Assembly: GCA_047617785.1 (NCBI GenBank)
Contig: JBLGBK010000003.1
Coordinates: 22,853-86,852 of the forward strand
Source: Colwellia polaris
GTDB lineage: Archaea; Nanohalarchaeota; Nanosalinia; Nanosalinales; Nanosalinaceae
Reading direction: 5' to 3'
DNA: 64,000 bases
Every line of letters begins with the position of its first letter. The first letter of the stretch is position 1. Under the pieces are notes generated by a model. The model was not told the DNA's origin and ran no database searches. It was given only the letters and a program-made list of their open reading frames with translations. The translations under genes and the position numbers were made by a program. Shown piece after piece: positions 36,160 to 44,531 of the stretch.

Positions 36160-36986
36160 TGATGAAAGGTCAATCGACCATAGAGTTTCTTGGAACTTCA
36201 ATGATGTTCATAGCGCTTTTAGGTACTATCATAATGGTTGCCTCCGATAGCTTACCCCGATTTGATTCCGAGGTAGAAGAAGCATCATTAAATATGGAAT
36301 TACAAACTCTTACGACAAAAATGCTGACACAGCCAGGTGAAACTACAGGAGGATCATCTGATTGGGAGCGTAATCCTGACTTAATCGAAACCTTTGGATT
36401 GGCAGATAAGAGCGGGGAGGTTGAACGATCAAAGATACAGGCACTGGACGATAGCAGTAATTCGCCTTCGACTTTGAATTACACTGAATTTAGGTCTACG
36501 GAGAATATAGAGAATGAGTACAGAATGGTATTTACATGGTATCCTATTGTAGAATCGTCTAAAACATTTACTAGAACAAATTCTCCCTCTAAAATTCAGG
36601 AGCCTACAACCTCTGAATACACTGACGACGGTAATACTGTCCACTATGGGTCAGCCATGATTAATGGGCAAGATATGAAATTTCTTGTAACTTCACACGA
36701 TAATGTCTACGATACAGTGTATATATCTCCAGAGTGGAATTTCCTAAACGCAGAACCTAGAGTTGAAGGCGAGGTAGTTGATATTCAGGGTCAAAACTTT
36801 ACCGTTTCCGAATTCCAGAACAGAGATGAAAATCCGGGTAATTTAGTAATATTCTCCAAAAATTTGAACGACTTTGGTGCAATCCAAGGGCAGGCCAGCA
36901 CCGTCATAAAACTCAATAGATATGCCATCTTGAAGGATGTAGGCTCAGATGATTTCCCTCTTAAGATAGAGGTGTTAGCATGGTAA
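36159..36986 (+). CDS. Minor pilin-like protein
   Basis: MMKG|QSTIEF (Q+1, E+5); L..PG.....DWE......GLA motif. Confidence 0.85.
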   Translation: MMKGQSTIEFLGTSMMFIALLGTIIMVASDSLPRFDSEVEEASLNMELQTLTTKMLTQPGETTGGSSDWERNPDLIETFGLADKSGEVERSKIQALDDSSNSPSTLNYTEFRSTENIENEYRMVFTWYPIVESSKTFTRTNSPSKIQEPTTSEYTDDGNTVHYGSAMINGQDMKFLVTSHDNVYDTVYISPEWNFLNAEPRVEGEVVDIQGQNFTVSEFQNRDENPGNLVIFSKNLNDFGAIQGQASTVIKLNRYAILKDVGSDDFPLKIEVLAW

Positions 36987-38716
36987 GAAGAAAAGGGTTA
37001 AGCTATTCTCTTGAAGTTATAATATCGGCTATTATAATTCTAAGTTTCACCTATGGTATTTTTGAAATTCCTCAAGGGAATGATTGGAATCAGCATAGAT
37101 CTGAGATAGAAGCTCAAGATTTGACACAGACGCTCCATAAAACAGGGCTTGCCACTAGTTTAGTTAGTAGAGGAGAGACAGGTTCTTTGCAGACAGCTAT
37201 TACTACAATTTCGGATAGAGATCGTACTATCTCAGGTAGTATTACTAATATTCCTATAGGTGAGGTAGAAGTAGGATATCATACTGTTGATGAGGATCAG
37301 TACACAGTCAATCTAGAAGACGTACAAGGATCTGGTGATATGTGCCAAGGCGACTTACAAGATGATATTGATACTCAAAAAGATATTAAAAGAACCCAGC
37401 AACTAGGTACTTCGGATGAAAACTACGATGTTAGGCTTTATATCGCGGATACCGGCTCTCAATTTGATGAGAGCGTTGATTATAATACGGTATGGGTAGA
37501 TAATGGTACAGAATGTCAGTTTACGGCATCCGATGGACCTTTCTTTTTGGAAGACAATTTCAAATGGGGAGACAGTAATAACTCCGCACCAAGCGATCAT
37601 TTTCAGATAAAAAGTATAGAAGGCAATCAACTGACTATCTACAAAACCACGATACCTACTCAAATACATAAACAGATGAATGAGCCTGTAAATTCGCTTA
37701 GACCGGAAGTAGAGATGGATGCAATAGATATTAGGGATGAGGAACTGACACAGGATATAATGGTCTTCAGAAAAACTGAAGCTCTTGATGACATAGACAC
37801 TGAAAGGACTAAAGTAGAGGATTACATGCAGGACTACCCTGTTTTAATGATGATGGATATAAATCAAGCAGATTTCTCAAACTCAGATTTTATGCAGAAT
37901 ACCAACTTCCATTGGGTAGATGCAGGGTTTTCAGGGGGTTATGGTGGTAATCCAACAAGTATTGAATTTACTAATTCGGATATATCTAGAAATATTGAGA
38001 CTTTCTTTGAAGGAATGAATGGGGATAGTGCTTCTGCAGCTCTGCCTCCTGCAGGACCAATAGTGTCCAACAATTCGGATACTCTAACGCAGGAAAATCC
38101 TGCTCTTCAAGGAGGTGCAACTCTTAATACTGCTGCATGGAGTGATCGAGTTGATAATATGGCTACAACTCCCTACGATGGCGAACCTTCTCCAGACTGT
38201 GGAACTCGATATGAAGGAACGGTAAATCTTCCGGGAGGTAATTACCCTATATTGAATACAGAACTAGTAGGATCAGAGGGAAGCTGTCCTACTGATGGAT
38301 GGGCTGTGAACTTTGATTTTCAAGGTTCTGCAGACACTGGTAGAGGGCCATTTCTTCAAGGGGAAGAAACAATTATCGATAGAAGAGGTTACACTATTTT
38401 AACTAACTCTGATGACTCAGGATGTGATTTAGGAGAATGTGTCGAATTTAATTTCTCAGGAAATTCCAATGTAGAGGTAATTAACTACGGTGAGAGCTTC
38501 CAAGGATTTGATGGGGAGAGACTTGCACTGACGGGAAGGAAGACATCATATAATGAGGAGGAATTTAAGCTACTATCGTCTACGATTTTCAGCCTTTACG
38601 ATTCAGAAGTAACCTTTGGAACTCAGCAGTCTTCATCTATATCTACAGATATAGTCTCTGGTGTTGATAATACTACATATATGCCTTATCAGTTACGTCT
38701 GAGGTGGAGTCGATGA
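36980..38716 (+). CDS. Large pilin-like surface protein (578 aa)
   Basis: MVRRKG|LSYSLEVIISAIII; beta-rich acidic Cys-containing body; ends ..LRLRW. Confidence 0.82.
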   Translation: MVRRKGLSYSLEVIISAIIILSFTYGIFEIPQGNDWNQHRSEIEAQDLTQTLHKTGLATSLVSRGETGSLQTAITTISDRDRTISGSITNIPIGEVEVGYHTVDEDQYTVNLEDVQGSGDMCQGDLQDDIDTQKDIKRTQQLGTSDENYDVRLYIADTGSQFDESVDYNTVWVDNGTECQFTASDGPFFLEDNFKWGDSNNSAPSDHFQIKSIEGNQLTIYKTTIPTQIHKQMNEPVNSLRPEVEMDAIDIRDEELTQDIMVFRKTEALDDIDTERTKVEDYMQDYPVLMMMDINQADFSNSDFMQNTNFHWVDAGFSGGYGGNPTSIEFTNSDISRNIETFFEGMNGDSASAALPPAGPIVSNNSDTLTQENPALQGGATLNTAAWSDRVDNMATTPYDGEPSPDCGTRYEGTVNLPGGNYPILNTELVGSEGSCPTDGWAVNFDFQGSADTGRGPFLQGEETIIDRRGYTILTNSDDSGCDLGECVEFNFSGNSNVEVINYGESFQGFDGERLALTGRKTSYNEEEFKLLSSTIFSLYDSEVTFGTQQSSSISTDIVSGVDNTTYMPYQLRLRWSR

Positions 38717-39570
38717 AAGGGCAGTTTATGGCGCTTACTGCAGTGTTGGTCTCTATAATCGTCCTTTCGATGACAGGCATAATTACAGAGTTTCAGAGCC
38801 AGAATTATCCTGATACTCAGGAAGATAGAGTTATCGATATGATTAAAGAAGAGGCTGGCAAAGTTGATGTAGCTCAGCCTGAGGAAAGGCGTAGTTTCAC
38901 ACGATTTGTTCAGTCAGTTCCTAACTATAGGGCTGAGACTACCTTTGATAACACACGTCAATGCTTTGAAGTAATACTAGAACGATCAAATTCACGAATT
39001 ACAATGGACTGTGTAGGAGGAGAGGAGTCTAAAGTTGAGGAGGTTAGACTTATTTCAATAGGCTATGATGCAAGGCAAGATTATGGGGGTAACGCACCGG
39101 TACCTCCTAGAGGCACAGAATCTAGTTATGGTGGAGTCTACGATGCCGAAAACAACCGTCAACTTCACAGTGCAGGACGTTCATATTCCCTATCAGTCTA
39201 TGATCTAGGTTCTAATACGTTTCTTAGTCATCAAACTTATGATATATATGACGAGGATGATGGTGAGTCAAAAGCCGACCAAATGGCAAATGATATACAA
39301 TCTATGACTGACGATGAAATAGCGTTAATAACGACCCAGAATGAGCCCCAAAATCACAGACTTCATGGTGACCTTGAAGATGCAATGTATAACTTAGGAG
39401 CTTCTCAAGATCTCTATGGGGCAGGGGATTCTATATTTAAGAACAGAAGCGCTTACTTACTGGTTGGAAGACCGGATCTCGGTGAAGGTAACGCCTATAT
39501 TGAGAAGTACGCTGGTGAAGTAAATAACAGTTCTGATGCATGGGTTAAGGCAGATTTCAAGCTAAGCTGA
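38713..39570 (+). CDS. Pilin-like protein with C-terminal ILEI/PANDER-like domain
   Basis: ATG 38713 overlaps previous stop: MKG|QFMALTAVLVSII; C-terminal GRSYSLSVYD...TYDIY...IALITTQNEP...LGAS...RSAYLLVG. Confidence 0.78.
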   Translation: MKGQFMALTAVLVSIIVLSMTGIITEFQSQNYPDTQEDRVIDMIKEEAGKVDVAQPEERRSFTRFVQSVPNYRAETTFDNTRQCFEVILERSNSRITMDCVGGEESKVEEVRLISIGYDARQDYGGNAPVPPRGTESSYGGVYDAENNRQLHSAGRSYSLSVYDLGSNTFLSHQTYDIYDEDDGESKADQMANDIQSMTDDEIALITTQNEPQNHRLHGDLEDAMYNLGASQDLYGAGDSIFKNRSAYLLVGRPDLGEGNAYIEKYAGEVNNSSDAWVKADFKLS

Positions 39571-40752
39571 AAATTTTTCTATAAACTCTACTTCTTTATC
39601 ATCAAATTCAAGGTCTCCGGCTAGTGCTGGATTATCTTCCAGTATCTCAGCAAGGAATGGCAGCGATCTTTTTGCCTCTCTCTTTGAGATATGCATTTTG
39701 TCGGATAGCTTGGATGCGATGCCGTCCATACGGTTCCGTGCTGCATGTGTCTGTCCCATGCGCTTAATCTTTCCAGGATACTGGTACTTGGTCCATCCAT
39801 CGTATTTTTCATCCTTGGAAAGAGCAACTCCTACACTGGAGAAGAAGTAGACATATTTCAACAGTTTCCAGTTTTGCCGGATCCGAATCCTTCCATTGAA
39901 TAAATCCGCATTCGATAACTGCCTGTATGCTTTTGCAACATCCTCTTTTTTCTTGTATTCGCGCGGGATATTCTCTCTTATCCATTGAAGGAAGGTATCT
40001 GCATCTTCATCAAGATTCTCCGTAGCTTGCTTCGCATTTTGGGGAGTCGTTGTTTTGAAGATAACTTTCAGTGAGTCAAAGATTTCCTGTCGATTATCAC
40101 GCTGGCTGATAGCATCAAGGTCTTCGACCTCAAGTTTATCCTTTCCGAGTGCTACAGCTTCAAGGTCGTTTATTGCTGACCGCATCTGGCCGCCGCTTCC
40201 ACGGGCGATACGTTTGACCGCGCTTTCATCGTATTCAATTCCCTCGTTTTCAAGTATCCTTTTCAGATGTGCGTTGATGGAATTTGTGTGTACTGATCCA
40301 AGTTCGATAAGTTTGGATCTGTTTCTTATCGTCTGTACGTTGCTTGCGTAGGCGTCATTTGCGGTAAGTATTACTGGGAAACGTGATTCATCTATGATTT
40401 TAAGCAATTCGCTGCTTCCCCCTCTGTCGGCGCGCCCCATACCGTCTACTTCGTCAATTAAAATCAGTTTTTCTTTTCCTAGAAAGCTGGCCTGTCGAGT
40501 TGCTTCTTTCAATTCTGACTTTAGTTTCTTCTTGGTCCGGACGTCTGAAGCGTTGGTCTCTACAAGTTCTCTGTCATAGTCTTCTGCTAGAGCTTCGGCC
40601 ATTGAGGTTTTTCCTGTTCCTGCCTGTCCATGTAGAAGTACCGGTTTATCTCCTTGTTTCCAGTTTTCAAGCCATTCTTTCAGCTCCTTTTTTTCGCTGG
40701 AAGCACCTCTATAGTCTTCTAGGCTGTCTGGACGGTATTTTTCTACCCACAT
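39562..40752 (-). CDS. rfcL: Replication factor C large subunit
   Basis: WVEKYRP, G.AGTGKT, ETNASD.R, IDEVDG, RSAINDL. Confidence 0.95.
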   Translation of the reverse strand: MWVEKYRPDSLEDYRGASSEKKELKEWLENWKQGDKPVLLHGQAGTGKTSMAEALAEDYDRELVETNASDVRTKKKLKSELKEATRQASFLGKEKLILIDEVDGMGRADRGGSSELLKIIDESRFPVILTANDAYASNVQTIRNRSKLIELGSVHTNSINAHLKRILENEGIEYDESAVKRIARGSGGQMRSAINDLEAVALGKDKLEVEDLDAISQRDNRQEIFDSLKVIFKTTTPQNAKQATENLDEDADTFLQWIRENIPREYKKKEDVAKAYRQLSNADLFNGRIRIRQNWKLLKYVYFFSSVGVALSKDEKYDGWTKYQYPGKIKRMGQTHAARNRMDGIASKLSDKMHISKREAKRSLPFLAEILEDNPALAGDLEFDDKEVEFIEKFSA

Positions 40753-40758
40753 TGTCCT

Positions 40759-41709
40759 TTATTTCTGACCTATTTCTGCGAGTTTTGCGAGCATTGCCTC
40801 GATCTGGATGTCGCTGCTTCCTCCTTCGCTTATTCTGAATTCATATTCTCCTAGCTGTTCGACTACTTCCAGTTTCTGTTGGTCGTCTAGATCTAGGTCG
40901 AGAATTTCTCTGTGAATGGAATTTATTATGTCGGTTCCATCGAGCCCTCTGTCGACCATTAGATCGGTGAGTTTCTCTCTCGCATCCATGAAGCTGCCTT
41001 CAAAGGCGAGGTCGAGTACTTCACGGATTTCATCTGGTCGAAGGCTGGCTGCCACACCGTAAACGTCTTCTTCCTCGATCTCATCTTCCTGAATTGCTGC
41101 GGTCTGAAGGATGTTAGTAACTCTACGCATGTCTCCGCTTGATACTCTCATAACTGCTTTTACAGCGTCTTCAGAAATTGTAAATTCTTCTTTCTCGCCA
41201 AGTTTCTGAATGTATTCTTTAACATCTTCCTCTTCTAGGCGGTTGAAGCGGAATACCGCACATCTTGATTGGATAGGATCGATGATCTTGGAGGAGTAGT
41301 TGCAGGAGAGGATGAATCGGCAGTTGTCGGAGAACTGCTCCATAGTTCTTCTCAATGCCTGCTGTGCGTCGCTTGTGAGCGAGTCTGCCTCGTCTAGGAA
41401 GATTATCTTGTAGTCTGCATTGACGGGTTTGGTCCGTGCGAAATCCTTGATCTTATCTCTTACTACATTAATTCCTCTCTCATCAGAGGCATTAGTCTCC
41501 ATGAAGTTCTGACTCCATTCATCGCCGTACAGATCCTTAGCTAATGCAACAGCAGAAGTGGTTTTTCCTGTTCCTGCTGGACCTGCAAACATCATATGAG
41601 GTATGGAATCCTCCTCTACAAATGCTTCAAGTCTTTCAATTATTTTATCCTGTCCAATTACCTCTTTAAGCGTTTCCGGCCGGTACTTTTCAGTCCATAT
41701 ATCAATCAT
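40759..41709 (-). CDS. rfcS: Replication factor C small subunit (no intein)
   Basis: WTEKYRP, GPAGTGKT, NASDERGI, LDEAD, AQQALRRTME, PIQSRC. Confidence 0.97.
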   Translation of the reverse strand: MIDIWTEKYRPETLKEVIGQDKIIERLEAFVEEDSIPHMMFAGPAGTGKTTSAVALAKDLYGDEWSQNFMETNASDERGINVVRDKIKDFARTKPVNADYKIIFLDEADSLTSDAQQALRRTMEQFSDNCRFILSCNYSSKIIDPIQSRCAVFRFNRLEEEDVKEYIQKLGEKEEFTISEDAVKAVMRVSSGDMRRVTNILQTAAIQEDEIEEEDVYGVAASLRPDEIREVLDLAFEGSFMDAREKLTDLMVDRGLDGTDIINSIHREILDLDLDDQQKLEVVEQLGEYEFRISEGGSSDIQIEAMLAKLAEIGQK

Positions 41710-41828
41710 TTTTGATTCGTCCTCCTTTGAAGCGGAGCGGTTAAGTTATCGTTTCTCTCGCCCCTTTGTGCTATACTGAGTTTTGCTCTATCTATTCTTT
41801 TATGCCTTCATACCGCACATCATAAACT

Positions 41829-42344
41829 ATGATAGTAACCATAACCGGGACTCCGGGAACAGGAAAAACCTCTGTACTGAAGTCTCTAGACACGAATTTC
41901 AGAAAAGTACATCTAACCGAATATATACAGGAAAACGAAATTGGAGAAAACACGGACGACGTAACGGAAGTAGATACCTATCTCTTGAAAGAGAAGATAT
42001 CAGAAGACATCAATGATGGGGAAGAGGACGTTATAATTGAAGGTCATCTTGCACACCATATTGACTCCGATCTCTGCATAGTTCTACGCTGCAACCCGGA
42101 AAAACTTGAAGAAAGACTCTCTCAGAGAGATTACTCTCAAAACAAGGTTATGGAAAACGTTGAATCCGAAGCACTAGATGTGATTCTTTCAGAAACAGTT
42201 CATACCCAGAAAAACGTCCTTGAGATAGATACTACGCATAAAGAACTAGATGAAGTAGTAGAAGAGGTAAAGGAAGGAATTGAGAAAGAGAAAACGGGTT
42301 ATGGTGGTGTTGACTGGTCTGAAAGTTTTCAGGAATTATTTTGA
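41829..42344 (+). CDS. Adenylate kinase AK6/Fap7 family
   Basis: ITGTPGTGKT, IIEGHLAH, RL..RDYS..KV.ENVESE. Confidence 0.92.
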   Translation: MIVTITGTPGTGKTSVLKSLDTNFRKVHLTEYIQENEIGENTDDVTEVDTYLLKEKISEDINDGEEDVIIEGHLAHHIDSDLCIVLRCNPEKLEERLSQRDYSQNKVMENVESEALDVILSETVHTQKNVLEIDTTHKELDEVVEEVKEGIEKEKTGYGGVDWSESFQELF

Positions 42345-42640
42345 ATCCAGTTGAATAGTTTATCTTTCTGCATAGCTCCCGATGCACGAGCAACTTCTTC
42401 ACCGTTCTTAACCATTAGCAGTGTCGGTAGAGCTCTTACACCGTATTTTCCGCCTGCGCTCTGGTATTCTTCCATATCCAGTTTACCGAAGTTGATATCT
42501 TCAAACTCCTCTGAAGCTTCCTCAACTCTTGGTGCTAGTACCTTGCATGGCTGGCACCAGTCTGCCCAGAAATCAATTATCCATGTTTCATCTGACTCAA
42601 AAACTTCGTCAAGTTCATCAGCAGTAAGTTCTTGTACCAT
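42329..42640 (-). CDS. trxA: Thioredoxin
   Basis: DFWADWCQPCK; cis-Pro LPT. Confidence 0.93.
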   Translation of the reverse strand: MVQELTADELDEVFESDETWIIDFWADWCQPCKVLAPRVEEASEEFEDINFGKLDMEEYQSAGGKYGVRALPTLLMVKNGEEVARASGAMQKDKLFNWIQNNS

Positions 42641-42723
42641 GGTTCTAAATCGAATGGTCGAGACTTAATTAACTTGTCATAAGCTGTAGGTTAGTTAGAA
42701 AAAAAGAAAGAAGAGCGAGGAAT

Positions 42724-43536
42724 TTACTCCTCCATGTAGACAGTACGGATCGGATAAGGGATATCGATCCCTTCATCGTCGTAACGATCCTTGATCAGCT
42801 GTGTCAGCTCTGAAGAGGCCTTAACAACGTTAGCCTTTCGAGTGTCAGTCCAACCACGTAGCTTCAGATTTACAGATGATCCTCCTAGCTCATTCACAAG
42901 AACCTGAGGCTCTGGTGAATCTTCTGTATGTTCTGCATCATCTAACACGTCCTCTGCAATGTTCTTCGCAGTCTCTATATCGTCTTCATAATCTATACCG
43001 ACTACAACCTCGAATCTTCGATTTCCATAGGCGGTGTTGTTTACTATAACGTCGTTGTACAGGTTGGAGTTAGGGATAATGACTTTACGCCCGTCATAAG
43101 TTTTGATGTCTGTGGCCCGGATTCTGATGTCTTGTACTGTTCCTTCTTCTCCAGCTGATTCTATCTGATCACCGATCTTGAATGGTCGGCTTAGCAGGAT
43201 CATTACTCCAGAAATAAAGTTGGCTATCATATCCTGCATGGCAAATGAGAGACCTAAGCCGAGCAGACCTACTAGAGTTGCCAGTGAGCCGAGAGGTACG
43301 TTAAATACTCCGAGAAGAGCAACAATTGTCAGCGAGTAGATTGCAAATGTCGCTAGCTTTCTTGTAGTCTTTGCAACGTGTTCATCGCCACCTTTCTTCT
43401 TAATTGCTTTCTTGATGTATCTTGAAGCGATCTTATTAGCGAATATCCCTGCAACAAGTATTACAGCAGTCCATAGAACGGTTTGGGGTGCTATATAAGA
43501 TGTTGCCAGTTCAACCAGTTGATTGAGACTTTGCAT
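42724..43536 (-). CDS. mscS: MscS-family mechanosensitive channel
   Basis: GLSFAMQD.IANFISG, RPFKIGD, IPNS, GIDIPYP. Confidence 0.94.
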   Translation of the reverse strand: MQSLNQLVELATSYIAPQTVLWTAVILVAGIFANKIASRYIKKAIKKKGGDEHVAKTTRKLATFAIYSLTIVALLGVFNVPLGSLATLVGLLGLGLSFAMQDMIANFISGVMILLSRPFKIGDQIESAGEEGTVQDIRIRATDIKTYDGRKVIIPNSNLYNDVIVNNTAYGNRRFEVVVGIDYEDDIETAKNIAEDVLDDAEHTEDSPEPQVLVNELGGSSVNLKLRGWTDTRKANVVKASSELTQLIKDRYDDEGIDIPYPIRTVYMEE

Positions 43537-43636
43537 AATTCTTATTATGAACTCGGACTTTCCAGTGTTAAAAACTCTTTGAGAAAAAGGGCTTCTGTTT
43601 AAAAATCATCTTCCCTCAACAGATAATTACTAGCCA

Positions 43637-44476
43637 ATGGACTCAGTTGAGAATTACATAGAATACGCAGGAGTATTCGCACTTTCGCTGCTCGCAGTCT
43701 CAGCAGTATACCTGATAGACTTTTCACGCCCTATAACAGCATTTCTACTACTAACGTTTCCTATACTATACGGATTTGTCGCAAGCATCTCAACTGAAGG
43801 CTTCAACAGAGCCTCGTTAATATCTCTTTTATCATTAGTTTTGGCACCTGTTGATCTATTTATGGCGGCTGCAGCCGTATTTATCTCATTCACTACTGTC
43901 CTAATATCGTTCTTTTCGAGCGGGAAACAGTTCAGAGATTTCTACGGATCGACAGCACTCCCTCTACTCCTTACCGGACTAATTGTAAGCTCAGGGCTGT
44001 TTGTTGCAGCTTCAACAAGTCAACAGTTTGGAAATAAAATTACCAATACTACAGCGAATGTTGTAGGATCTCAAACACAGAACGTAATTGAAACAACAGG
44101 TATAGTAGGCTCTCAGCAACAGCAACAGGCCAGAATAGTAGAGGCAACCAGCCAGAACTCTGTAGTTCTTACACAGCAATATGTCCTGAATGAAACAAGA
44201 GAGGACTTTAACAGAGATCAGATTAGATCTCTTAATCAGGCTTTCCAGGGCGCGGAACAGGAAATACCTGATCGGCTCTCATCAGAGATAGAGGACAGAG
44301 ATCTAGATGTTGATGTTGAAGGTCAGATGGAAGACCTAGTTAGAGATAACTTTGATCAGAAGCTTTTCATTGTAATAATACCGCTATTAACACTTCTAAT
44401 CTACTCATTGCAGCCGGCAGTAGGGCTTTTAACAGCTGTAGTAGCTTCTATAATCGTTCGTTTCCGACATCTATAG
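43637..44476 (+). CDS. Hypothetical multi-pass membrane protein
   Basis: Several N-terminal TM segments, Gln-rich helical loop, C-terminal TM. Confidence 0.75.
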   Translation: MDSVENYIEYAGVFALSLLAVSAVYLIDFSRPITAFLLLTFPILYGFVASISTEGFNRASLISLLSLVLAPVDLFMAAAAVFISFTTVLISFFSSGKQFRDFYGSTALPLLLTGLIVSSGLFVAASTSQQFGNKITNTTANVVGSQTQNVIETTGIVGSQQQQQARIVEATSQNSVVLTQQYVLNETREDFNRDQIRSLNQAFQGAEQEIPDRLSSEIEDRDLDVDVEGQMEDLVRDNFDQKLFIVIIPLLTLLIYSLQPAVGLLTAVVASIIVRFRHL

Positions 44477-44531
44477 GATAAACTAATTGGCTAGCGCAGG
44501 TTGTTAAATCTTCACCGATCTAATTATTAAC

